From contig CAVYHV010000013.1 in NCBI GenBank assembly GCA_963768425.1, positions 39,555-103,554 of the forward strand: a stretch of 64,000 bases of DNA. The letters are read 5' to 3'. This document shows positions 1 through 9,058 of the stretch, piece after piece. The notes below the pieces were generated by a model, which saw only the letters and a program-made list of their open reading frames with translations, ran no database searches and had not been told where the DNA came from. Made by a program: the position numbers and the translations under genes. Positions within the stretch are counted from its first letter, which is position 1. Each line of letters begins with the position of its first letter. This stretch comes from Candidatus Bathyarchaeota archaeon (GTDB lineage: Archaea; Thermoproteota; Bathyarchaeia; Bathyarchaeales; Bathycorpusculaceae).

Positions 1-402
1 GCCATCAAGCCAGTTACCGAATACGTCAATCCCTCTACTGGCATTTTCAATCGTAAAATTTGAAATGAAAAAATTACCCTCATTTAAATTAACCTCAATT
101 AGAGATAAATTGAAATATGGATAACCTAACCCGTAACCTATCAAGTAGGTGGTATCTGGATTTTCTCCAACAAGATTAAGCGCTTTACTGATATCTATTG
201 TCTCATTATAATAAACTCCGCTCTTAACGAAGACAGTATCTCCAGCACTTGCATTATTAATTGCGTCTTGAATGGTTAGGTACTGGTCTGGAACAACAAG
301 GGTTCTGGTTTGTGCTCTTGCGGTTGAAGATGGTATTAAAACTAAGGACATTGTGAATAATAGAACGAGCAACAATGCGAAACTCGTGTTCATACTGCCC
401 AT
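1..402 (-). CDS. Secreted NosD/right-handed beta-helix surface protein, N-terminal part (runs off window edge)
   Basis: Read by hand from ATG at 402: MGSMNTSFALLLVLLFTMSLVLIPSSTARAQTRTLVVPDQYLTIQDAINNASAGDTVFVKSGVY. Signal peptide plus the VPDQY.TIQ.AIN.A..GDTVFVK.G.Y motif typical of beta-helix protein starts. Absent from the ORF track. Confidence 0.85.
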   Translation of the reverse strand, partial: MGSMNTSFALLLVLLFTMSLVLIPSSTARAQTRTLVVPDQYLTIQDAINNASAGDTVFVKSGVYYNETIDISKALNLVGENPDTTYLIGYGLGYPYFNLSLIEVNLNEGNFFISNFTIENASRGIDVFGNWLDG

Positions 403-452
403 GCTTCATAATAAGAAATTAAAAGCGATAAAAGGATACTCGTCAACACTCC

Positions 453-470
453 TTGACTAAGCTAAGTCAA
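453..470. repeat. Dyad site A, TTGACT-AAGCTA-AGTCAA, followed by AGTTTC
   Basis: Perfect 6-bp inverted arms with a 6-bp spacer; one of five copies, each upstream of a gene. Confidence 0.9.
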
Positions 471-493
471 AGTTTCCTTACTGACAATGCCAT

Positions 494-1252
494 CTACGCT
501 AAAGGTAATTCACCAATCCATATTGCGTCAAGCTGAAAACCTGTAATTTCCTCATGACTTGTAACAGCCAAATAAATAGAAATGGTACCTTCATCTCCAC
601 CATTCATCCATGTTTCAGACCAAGCATCAGGTGGCAGGTCAAGATGCACCAAATCAGTTGAGTTAATTTCTTTAGTTCCGCTGAATATCTCCGCTGTCAT
701 GAAAGCATAGACTTGCGCCGATTTCGGGGCAACAGTTCCATTTGAGTAGTACAAAGTTATCTGGTTTGGCGGCAGGTTCTGTACTGAATAATCGTTTCGA
801 AGCGTAACATTGATGACAATACAAGGCTCCCCCTTAATGACAGCTATTTTCCCCGCTGGTTTTCCGTTTATTATTCCCATGCTAGTTCTAGTATCAAATG
901 GGTAAGAACCAGAGCTGACGTTTGCGGAAACTACGAAGATTTTGCTAGTGTTTCCTCTAAAAGTAAGATAATAGCCTGTGGTTGGTTGGATTGGAGCAAT
1001 AGAGGGCTTTACAACGCGTGAAGAAGCCGAAATGACAACCGCAATGTAAGAAAAAAAGAATCCACAAAAGACCATGATTACGATTAAAGCTGCAACCGCA
1101 TATTTGTATTTCTGCCATTTACCAGATTCTTGCAATTTACCATTTACCCTGCTTAACCATTTTTCATAGTTGCTTTTTAGACTATCTTTTAGAACATCAA
1201 ACGTACAAATCGTTGGGCAGGGACTATACACCCAACCGTGGGAAAAGGTCAT
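494..1252 (-). CDS. Hypothetical membrane-anchored protein; true start probably downstream of 1252
   Basis: One hydrophobic segment (AVAALIVIMVFCGFFFSYIAVVI) then a beta-rich domain. The N-terminal MTFSH is just the translated tail repeat. Confidence 0.7.
   Translation of the reverse strand: MTFSHGWVYSPCPTICTFDVLKDSLKSNYEKWLSRVNGKLQESGKWQKYKYAVAALIVIMVFCGFFFSYIAVVISASSRVVKPSIAPIQPTTGYYLTFRGNTSKIFVVSANVSSGSYPFDTRTSMGIINGKPAGKIAVIKGEPCIVINVTLRNDYSVQNLPPNQITLYYSNGTVAPKSAQVYAFMTAEIFSGTKEINSTDLVHLDLPPDAWSETWMNGGDEGTISIYLAVTSHEEITGFQLDAIWIGELPLA
1238..1251 (-). repeat. Post-stop tail motif TGACCTTTTCCCAC; other copies at 1968-1981, 4119-4133, 7383-7397
   Basis: Same ~14-mer at or just after the 3' end of four unrelated genes. 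Confidence 0.85.
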
Positions 1253-1551
1253 TATGTATTATTCTTTAAAGGGTTCTGTTTTGTTTCTTTGCTTATTAGC
1301 AGTTTTATTATGAAGCATACATTTACTACCAAAAAGAGAACGAAGACATAGAATGGAAAGTTAGCCATTGATATTGCAATCGGAACAATAACTTGTCCTG
1401 TCTGTGCTGGTGCTAAGCCAATGGTGGTTAGAGTGTAGCCAGTTACTACTGAACCGTTGATTTCTGAGAGCATTAGTTGGCTGGAAAGATAAAGAAGCAA
1501 ACCTATCATAACATTGGCAGTGAGGATGACAGCTGTAAACCTTTTTGTCAT
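1252..1551 (-). CDS. Small two-TM membrane protein
   Basis: 99-aa ORF with two hydrophobic segments. Confidence 0.7.
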   Translation of the reverse strand: MTKRFTAVILTANVMIGLLLYLSSQLMLSEINGSVVTGYTLTTIGLAPAQTGQVIVPIAISMANFPFYVFVLFLVVNVCFIIKLLISKETKQNPLKNNT

Positions 1552-1669
1552 GTTTAGCCTATCTCTACGCTATGCAGATTTAAGAGTTATCCACTCTGTA
1601 ATAGCGAAGTTTCTAACCCTTGAATTACTCGTTAATAGCCCTAATCGTTTAAAGCATTCTGGAAACTTC
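1549..1669. repeat. ~120-bp intergenic module, copy 1 (start codon, promoter, GAAGTTTC...GAAACTTC inverted repeat)
   Basis: Aligns with 1844-1958: catgttta..tctacgct...cagattta...aatagcgaagtttctaac.cttgaatt.ctcg.taatagccc...aaacttc. Confidence 0.85.
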
Positions 1670-1674
1670 AACCA

Positions 1675-1846
1675 TTACGTTCCTTTTTTAGAATGTTTCT
1701 TTAGAGAAATTCTTTCCATAATTGATGCTTGACCATAACTGGTTGGTCCCCTAAATGCTGGGTTAGGTTTACCCCTCAAAGCTTTTACTTGTCTCTTAGC
1801 TGTTTTTATTTTCTTTTTTGATTTGTTTTGTCCTCTTCTTTTCCAT
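1675..1846 (-). CDS. Small Lys/Arg-rich protein (~56 aa) with one frameshift in an A-run
   Basis: Removing one A from the homopolymer gives MEKKRTKQIK-KKIKTAKRQVKALRGKPNPAFRGPTSYGQASIMERISLKKHSKKGT*. It fills the space between the two 120-bp modules. Confidence 0.5.
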
Positions 1847-1958
1847 GTTTAATCTCTTTCTACGCTTTTCAGATTTAAAATTTATCTCCTTACAAATAGC
1901 GAAGTTTCTAACTCTTGAATTTGCTCGGTAATAGCCCAAAGCACTTAATGTAAACTTC
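1844..1958. repeat. ~120-bp intergenic module, copy 2
   Basis: Direct repeat of 1549-1669; partial third copy AAATTCAAGAG...GAAAGTT at 7443-7463 on the opposite strand. Confidence 0.85.
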
Positions 1959-3272
1959 TGGTATGCTGTGGGAAAGGGTCACTTGCTTCAAGTTAGCTGT
2001 TTTTTGATGCTTTTTATGATACACAGTAAGACTTACTCCGACAGCAATTACTATTACAGTTACGAGAATCGCTATCACGAACTCAGAGGAAAAAGGTTCT
2101 GACTTGGCAACGGTAAAATCGATAGTTTTGGAAGCACCCATTATTCCAAAAGTGCTGTTAGCATAAACTGTAATGCTGTGTGAGCCATAAGCAATGTTTG
2201 GTATGGTTGTGTTGCCGTTGATTGTGACATTAATTTGTTCGTCAAGGCTATAGCCTACCCAATTAAACGGCTTATCTATAGAGAATGCCAAAGAAACGTT
2301 AGCATTGTCATACACCTTATTCAATGGCGACATAACTGAAACTTTAGGCGGAATTATTTCCTGCTCATAATTTGCAAGAAAAGACGAATTGACGGGTCGA
2401 ATAAGCGGATAACGGTCTATATTCTGTGAATCTAGCACGTATGGGCTATCACTTATTCCTGTGTTGCCAATTTCTTTCCCCGTTTGTACTCCCCAATAGT
2501 TTCCACCAGCAGGAAAGCCACCATCCCAAACGTTTACGGAATTAGGAGTATAAGGAATTCCACCCAAATCGCCATTACTAGCCTGCGTTCCATACGGTAT
2601 GTCCATGAGGTTATTGTGATAAATAGTGTTATTAGAAGCATGCCAAAACCAAATTCCGCAACTTGTAAGACCGTCTTGACTTGCGTTATCCACGATGTCA
2701 TTATTAGTAATCAAGTTCTTTTGCGTATTATCAAAAAACATTCCAGTAGCATCATTCAAGATTAGATTTCCAGTTATGATGTTTGAATTTCCACCTTCGA
2801 CATCAATACCATTGAATGCCTCACCGTTCAATTCCCAAAGGCTCCATATACTGAAAATGGTGTTGTTTACAATCATAACATTTGAAGAATTGGATAACAA
2901 AATACCGTCCTCAGCCCCACCATCTTCAGGGTAGACAACATTGGAACCAAACTGATTTCCTGTAATAACAAAACCATTTACTGTTATGTTTGAATCTGCA
3001 TATAACAAAAGACCATTGGATAAGCTAAATCCGTTTCCATCAAGTACAATGTTGCTTCTATTCACGGTTATGCTTCCGTCTATGTTACTCGTCAAATTAT
3101 AGGTGTTTCCAGATGGAACTATTGGTGCTGATGTTGGAGTTATGCTTCCGTCAACGTTTATTGTGACATTGCCTTGATATTGAGCCTTAACTGGTTGAAG
3201 ATAAACTACATTTGAAGCTATCAGGCATAGAAGGACTAAACTGAATGCGATAATACCTCTACTTTTTGCCAT
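1908..3272 (-). CDS. NosD/CASH-type beta-helix surface protein with Ig-like domain and C-terminal TM anchor
   Basis: Signal peptide, TINVDGSI.P start, Asn-rich beta-helix repeats, NTIYHNN...WD.G...GNYW...IDRYPL, WVGYSLD Ig-like domain, TM plus basic tail. Confidence 0.9.
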   Translation of the reverse strand: MAKSRGIIAFSLVLLCLIASNVVYLQPVKAQYQGNVTINVDGSITPTSAPIVPSGNTYNLTSNIDGSITVNRSNIVLDGNGFSLSNGLLLYADSNITVNGFVITGNQFGSNVVYPEDGGAEDGILLSNSSNVMIVNNTIFSIWSLWELNGEAFNGIDVEGGNSNIITGNLILNDATGMFFDNTQKNLITNNDIVDNASQDGLTSCGIWFWHASNNTIYHNNLMDIPYGTQASNGDLGGIPYTPNSVNVWDGGFPAGGNYWGVQTGKEIGNTGISDSPYVLDSQNIDRYPLIRPVNSSFLANYEQEIIPPKVSVMSPLNKVYDNANVSLAFSIDKPFNWVGYSLDEQINVTINGNTTIPNIAYGSHSITVYANSTFGIMGASKTIDFTVAKSEPFSSEFVIAILVTVIVIAVGVSLTVYHKKHQKTANLKQVTLSHSIPEVYIKCFGLLPSKFKS

Positions 3273-3321
3273 AATTCTACATTCAAGTTGTTTGCAATAA
3301 AAGCGTTCTTGTATACGTTTC

Positions 3322-3339
3322 TTGACTAAGCCAAGTCAA
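3322..3339. repeat. Dyad site B, TTGACT-AAGCCA-AGTCAA
   Basis: Context gtttcTTGACTaagccaAGTCAAagtttc. Confidence 0.9.
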
Positions 3340-3390
3340 AGTTTCTGGACCAAACCTTGCGGTGGTCATTGCGCGATTACCGTACCACAG

Positions 3391-3996
3391 TCAAGCTTCT
3401 TGTTCTTTGTTGGATGAAGATAGGAAGTTTACGCCTATAGCTATCATCCAAATAAGTTGTGGATAAATTATCATTCTTTCCATACCGCCCACGCCAATTC
3501 CCAAGTAGCTTGGACGTGCACCAAAATAAAGCACGAGAGCGACAAGCGATACAACACCCAATATTACGGAAAAATACTTGAAAGGACCCCTGATTATCTT
3601 GTACGAGGCAATTGCGGCTATGCTCCAAAAGACAAAAACCATGAATGCGCCGATGGTGTGAATGACTGGGGTTCCATGAACAATAAATGAGTTTTCAGGA
3701 AAAATACCCGCTAAAAGATAGCCTAAACTTCCCAGAAAAATGGAAGCTGTGATTGCCCGACTCTTGAATTCACGGTGAATAAAATATACACTTATTAGAG
3801 CCAATAAGCTTAGCAAGATTGTCGATGGGTCCTCAATTATGGCAGAGGGTTTACCCCATACGCCTAGGTCGCTTATGTAGTTCAAAGACGTGCTGTAATT
3901 TGGATAAACCGCTTGTGCGAGTAAAATTGCTATGGTATGCTGTGCAGCGGCAATAAAAAGTAAGGCTCCAGCCAGTGTCTTGTTGCTATAATTCAT
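3391..3996 (-). CDS. DUF998-like multi-pass membrane protein
   Basis: YPNYS...NYISDLG, GIFPE, HTIGA and G.GGMERMIIYP motifs. Confidence 0.8.
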   Translation of the reverse strand: MNYSNKTLAGALLFIAAAQHTIAILLAQAVYPNYSTSLNYISDLGVWGKPSAIIEDPSTILLSLLALISVYFIHREFKSRAITASIFLGSLGYLLAGIFPENSFIVHGTPVIHTIGAFMVFVFWSIAAIASYKIIRGPFKYFSVILGVVSLVALVLYFGARPSYLGIGVGGMERMIIYPQLIWMIAIGVNFLSSSNKEQEA

Positions 3997-4066
3997 AACT
4001 CGAAGGTAAACTGCTTAATTATTTAAAGCTTGATACTGATTAAAAAAGCCTATTCGTAAAGGTTTC

Positions 4067-4084
4067 TTGACTGAGCTAAGTCAA
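4067..4084. repeat. Dyad site C, TTGACT-GAGCTA-AGTCAA
   Basis: Context gtttcTTGACTgagctaAGTCAAtttttc. Confidence 0.9.
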
Positions 4085-4130
4085 TTTTTCTTGACCAAGA
4101 GATTGAGTGGGTACACCTTTGGGAAAAGGT

Positions 4131-5052
4131 CTATTGATTTAGTTTAGCGGTTTTTTGATGCCTTCTTCTATAAAAAACCAAGCTCAGAACTACTACTACT
4201 ATGACGAATACTGCCGCACTCAAGGCAATAGCTATACTTAACGTTGGCTGGTTAGTCGGTGGAGGCAAAAAAGCCTCAGTCTTCACAAGATAGATATTGC
4301 CCGACATGGGAATATTAGACGCAAAATATCCGACTCCCAGTATAGCAAGTGCACCGTCAGAGGTTTCAATCACCGAACTTACCGTAAGAGAAGCAGGTAG
4401 GCTTGGAGCATATCCATAAGGAAGTGTATAGTTCAAATTTAATACCCATTGGGTGTTATTGTTGGAATCGGTCTTAATTATGAATCCACCTGTCCAAAAA
4501 ACGAACCCATCATCGCTTGTTCTAATTTTTTCCGATTGATGAAGAAGTTCCACCCAAATTTGGTACGCTTGAATAGTTCTTGTTAGATTCAATGTTTCCT
4601 TCGGAATCCATTTTGATAACGGTTGGGTATGACTCATGAGGAGGAAGTTCATAATTACCCCAATTCCCTGAAACTTCAAGACCACCATCGCTTGTCTGCT
4701 TAATTGCCGTTCCAGCAAAGTTACCGATGGTTTTTGTCCAATTGACATTTCCTAAAGAGTTAACCTTGTAAACCGTTGCTGGTACAAAAGTATCTTGAAA
4801 TCCCCAACCTTCGTCCATGAAGGCGTATCCACCATCACTTGTTTGAATCAGATTGGATACAGCTTCAACACCTGAATTATTGAAATAATTACCTGTACTG
4901 TTAAAATAATTATCATAGTTTTGTTGCCAAGCAAGAGCTGGGGCTTGATTGTTTGACTGAGCTTTGACAATGGTTGGTTGAAGATTGAGTAAAGGTGTTA
5001 GAAGTAAAATAAGAATACCCATTAAAGCCAAACGTTTGTTCATTCTACTCAA
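4131..5052 (-). CDS. Secreted, C-terminally anchored beta-propeller-like protein (frameshift near 4520)
   Basis: ORFs 4522..5052 and 4131..4748 join; repeated (Q/E)TSDGG...K.DS.GN..W blades; signal peptide and TM anchor. Confidence 0.8.
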
Positions 5053-5111
5053 TCTCTTCCTTAACCTGTCATGGGAACTATGCAGCGATAAAAGATTCCA
5101 GTAAAAGTTCC

Positions 5112-5129
5112 TTGACTTAGTTTAGTCAA
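5112..5129. repeat. Dyad site D, TTGACT-TAGTTT-AGTCAA, 5 bp from the IS end
   Basis: gttccTTGACTtagtttAGTCAAcgttt|GAGACCGTG. Confidence 0.9.
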
Positions 5130-5134
5130 CGTTT

Positions 5135-6802
5135 GAGACCGTGTAAAAAATCGCATAACGACCGCTTGATAGCTTGAAAATTACACAGCACTATTCTCGC
5201 TTTTTCTTTTTCTTTGTTTATCTTTTAACAAGCGCACCGATTAGAGCTTCAACTCCAAGAATGTTCAAAGCTCTCCTCAAATTATAAGAAAACAAAAGCA
5301 ACCCAATTTCCCCACTTACCTTCCTAAGACCTCTTAGCAACAAATAAGGAGCACCAAAAGCCCTCTTAACTGTCCCAAACGTATGCTCAACCACCTTTTT
5401 GCGCTCATCCATAACTTCTGGATGAGATCTCATTCGTTTTCTCATATCGTCGACAACTTGCTCATGGACCCAGCGCCAAATCAACCGCCCCTTTTTGTTG
5501 CCTGTACATTTAGTCATAAAAAACTGGCAAGAAAAACAAACACCCTTCAAGCACTTGTAAATTCGCCTATCCACCCCATCCTGAACTGTACAGCAGTGAA
5601 AGAACAGGCGCTGTCCAGCCGGGCAAACATACAAATCAGCATCATTGTCATAGCGGAACTTGTCAGCGGTAAACTCTGGCGAAACTATACTTCCACCGCT
5701 TCCCGACCTCTTCACCGCAACAAATGGTGTAACTCCATTATCGACGCACTGCTTGATCTGCATAAAATCAAAATAACCCTTATCCCCAAGAGCATCAATC
5801 TGCTCAACACCCAGTGTTTCTTTAGCGCTTATAGCCACGCCGCTTAATTGATTTAGGTCTGAGGCTTCGTTAGTCACCAAGTAGTTAACGATGAGGTGGT
5901 TTTTTGAATCTACAGCTGCCTGCATGTTATAGCAGGATTCTACTCTGCCATGACTCATCATCTGTCGACAATCCGGATCGGTCAAAGCAACCTCGTTTTG
6001 ACCACTCTTTTGCATTCTGTCAAGGATTGCTTCAGATTTCTCTTTTTTCTCAAGTAAAGCTGCAAGCTTGTCTACTTCAAAAGCTTTAGCTTCTTTGCCT
6101 GCTTCGCTACTGGCTTGGTGCTCGTCAGATGCTTCCTTCTCATCTTGGGCATCCAACTCTTCAAGATAATGTTTTACTGATTTTTCCATGATCTTTATTC
6201 TTTTCGCAAGCGCTTTTTGGTTAAAGGCTTTATCGTTGGAGTTGACGGCCTTTAGTTTGGTGCCGTCAACGGCTATTTGTTGTGCCCCATAGAGACTGAG
6301 GTCTTTTAGGAAGGCTACAAAGTCCTTGAATAGGGCACCTATTGCCTGTGGGTTGTCTTTTCTGAAATCCGCTATTGTTTTAAAGTCAGGTGTTAAGCCT
6401 TTGAGTAGCCACATTGCTTCGAGGTTTGTTTTGGATTCTCGTTCTAGCTTTCTGCTTGATCGGATGTGGTTTAAGGCCTCCGTAGAGGTAGAGTTTGCAG
6501 AGGTCTTTTGGGTTGTATGATGGTCTTCCAAGATCTTTTGGTGTTGAGTGGGTGAAGCCTAACTTTTCCATGTTAAGCGTGTTTACGTAGGCATCGATGA
6601 ATCTGACCGGGTTGTCCGTTTGTACGTATTCTTCTATGGTTTTAGGCAGCAGGAACGTTTGGCTTCTGGATAAGCCTTCTACATAGCTGTTGGTTTCGTT
6701 GTCCATTTGTCTCACCTTACCCTTTGTGAGCCATTGCTATGTGTCTAGATTTAAGGTTAACGGGATTCTAAGCGATTAAGAGAAGACTTTTCACACGGTC
6801 TC
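5135..6802 (-). mobile_element. IS1182-family insertion sequence
   Basis: Terminal inverted repeats GAGACCGTGTAAAAAATC and GACTTTTCACACGGTCTC enclose the transposase; no direct target duplication. Confidence 0.9.
5218..6715 (-). CDS. IS1182-family DDE transposase (frameshift near 6480)
   Basis: GRPSYNP..L.KLYLYG, PDFKTIADFR, IAVDGTKLKA, YNMQAAVD, DKGYF, YVCPAG, VEHTFGTVK. Confidence 0.92.
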
Positions 6803-6807
6803 AAACT

Positions 6808-6825
6808 TTGACTTAACTTAGTCAA
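6808..6825. repeat. Dyad site E, TTGACT-TAACTT-AGTCAA, inverted relative to A-D, 5 bp from the IS end
   Basis: GGTCTC|aaactTTGACTtaacttAGTCAAcgaag. Confidence 0.9.
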
Positions 6826-6881
6826 CGAAGTTTTACGAAAGGCCTTTTATCGTTTGAGAATTCGTTAATAAATTAAAGGTA

Positions 6882-7385
6882 ATGAGAGAAGAAAACAATG
6901 AAGACAATCAGTGCCATAATTGTAGCCCTTGTCATGGTTCTAATAGTTTTTGCAATAATAGGTTCAATGTCTTTGTGTATCCAATCGTAGCGGGTCAGAA
7001 ACTAACTCTCCCAAATGAACAATGGGTACAATACAAACAGGGTTGGAAACTGATTTCATTTCATTATGTGCAATATGGTGCCATTTCCGCTATACTTTAT
7101 GACCAGTTGTACGTGGAAGCTGATAATTACCCTTTGAATAATGGATTTCCAGTGGGTCTCTACCCTATTACTCGAGGAGCTACCTACAATATGGATGGCA
7201 CGATGAGAATAACGATATCAGAAATAAATTCGAATTATTTGGTTATATCTATCAGTTCTTCATTAAAAACATCCTTTTGGCAAACCACCAGCATAATATA
7301 CATAATAGTAATCGAAATCTTGTTAGCCGTAATCATCGCACTACTGCTCCTGAGAAAACGAAAAACCGCTAACCTGAGTGAGTAG
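6882..7385 (+). CDS. Membrane-anchored hypothetical protein; probable signal anchor MKTISAIIVALV in another frame from 6898
   Basis: C-terminal TM plus RKRKTANLSE; N-terminal frameshift likely. Confidence 0.7.
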   Translation: MREENNEDNQCHNCSPCHGSNSFCNNRFNVFVYPIVAGQKLTLPNEQWVQYKQGWKLISFHYVQYGAISAILYDQLYVEADNYPLNNGFPVGLYPITRGATYNMDGTMRITISEINSNYLVISISSSLKTSFWQTTSIIYIIVIEILLAVIIALLLLRKRKTANLSE

Positions 7386-7879
7386 ACCTTTTCCCACGAA
7401 AAATTGAAGAACTCACTGTTGCCATAGACTTAAACACTCTGGAAATTCAAGAGCACGAAAGTTAAAAGTTATCTTCACCGAAAGATGAGTCAGGGAGTCA
7501 GTTTGAATCTTTTTCTGACCACGTTTTTTGTGTTTTTAACTTTTTGCCGAGAGAATAACAGTTCTACAAGGTGCTGGCTTCGGATGAAAGACCTAGGGAT
7601 TTTGCTTTAGAATGGTTTCGATCATATCGCCCTGAATTCTCAGTTCCTTTGAAAGAAATCGACGAGAGGGCAAACTTCTTCAAAGATAGTCAGTTAGTTT
7701 ATTAGCTGTAAACCTACAAAATATTTTTTATAAATAAAAATTAAACATCTTGATTCAAATTTTTCATAGTGGTAGAACCTAGAAAAAAGTACTAATAATG
7801 GTCCTTTCTTGTGCAAAACAAAAAATGGTCAGATAAGAAAGCTTAAGTGTTAAACCATCCATAAAAGTGCAGAGCGCTC

Positions 7880-9048
7880 ATGAAGTTGAAAGGTTCGCCT
7901 CTTAATCTGAACGTTTATGAAGCTTCTGAAACGCTGACAAACAAGCATTTTCAGCAATTCAAAACGGTGGATTTTGAAAGATTCTATCTTCCTGAGAGCA
8001 TGCGACCTTTCACTGACCTCATCCCTGTTGGCAAGAAAGAGTTTATCGCGGATGACAACCGGGGAGCAGTTTCTACTTTACCCGCATTAAAATAGACGGC
8101 ATGGACTTTTACCTATCAGTTAAAGGCATAGGTTCAACCACTAACCCGTTTTCAACTCAGCTCCTCGGCAAAGACGAAATATGCAGCCTGCTAAAGGATT
8201 CCATACTGAAAGACAGAATCGTGAATTCCGAGGGAATCGCTCCAAGATACCTTACGGGGGAACTATGGTTAAGAGGCTCTCCATATGGTGGACAAGGACT
8301 TGAGCACGCGGCTACTGCGTTGAGGGTGTCAGAATTGGCTGCCCTTACGTCTATTCACGGATTTAGAGTCGCGCCAGTTCTGAAAATCGTTTTCCTTCCC
8401 CCAGACCTTGAGAATGAAATCAAAAAAATATTTTGGTACCGCAGATTCGCGGGCAAAATAGTTCAAGAAATACGGCTGGTTCCTTCTAACGTCCGAATTT
8501 ATTTTCACGCAGGGAGCACAGTCGGAGGCAACATACACTCAATTTTTGACTTGTTTGGATTGGACAACAACGATAAAGCAGTTGATTTTCTGAAAAATTT
8601 CGTTAAAACCGGCATCGCCTACCTAACCCTGTTCCCCCGGACACTAAAGAAAAACGAAGATGGAACTTTTTCTGGCTTGGATTTCTATGATGTCTGGCTT
8701 GACAAGGACGCAGTGCTCGCTCCAGATGGCACTATTTACTTCGTTGATCTTGAAGGGCTGGAATGGATAAATGTGGAGGAAAAGAAAATCTTGGAGAAGA
8801 TTGAGGACCAGATCTACAGGTCCCTGTACGAATTCATGTATGCGTATGAACAGATAGAACGAGAACGATTTGCAAGGTTCGGAGGTGTGGCTGACAGAAA
8901 GCTGCAGTTTGAATATCTTCTCAAGCAAACCCTCAGGGATGATGAAGTTATTGGCCTTGCAAGTGAGGGACAAAGTCTTAAGCTGGTCATCGGTAACATT
9001 CTTGGGGAACAACGTTTAACTAAAAAATTCCCAATCATGGACTGGTAA
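7880..9048 (+). CDS. Kinase-fold protein resembling SelO/YdiU (frameshift in A-run near 8090)
   Basis: DNRGAV..YLSVKGIGSTT, RLVPSNVRI and DVWLDKD...GTIYFVDLE occur in the order of SelO GDGRA..QLKG.G.T, RVAPSH.RFG and HGVMNTDN...TIDYG. Confidence 0.65.
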
Positions 9049-9058
9049 TTAAAATGAA

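Noticed and set aside
1600-1960. Canonical integron attC sites
   Set aside because: TTCTAAC/GTTAGAA resembles a core site, but no properly paired RYYYAAC...GTTRRRY was found and no IntI lies in the window
5218-6715. Programmed frameshift in the IS1182 transposase (likewise IS110)
   Set aside because: These families normally have single ORFs, and indels are pervasive in the window
453-6825. Dyad repeats as a CRISPR array
   Set aside because: Copies are 0.7-2.9 kb apart with whole genes between them; no cas genes
7465-7704. Coding-like fragment FYKVLASDERPRDFALEWFRSYRPEF...LVY*
   Set aside because: No start codon, interrupted by a stop, no recognisable family; probably a gene remnant
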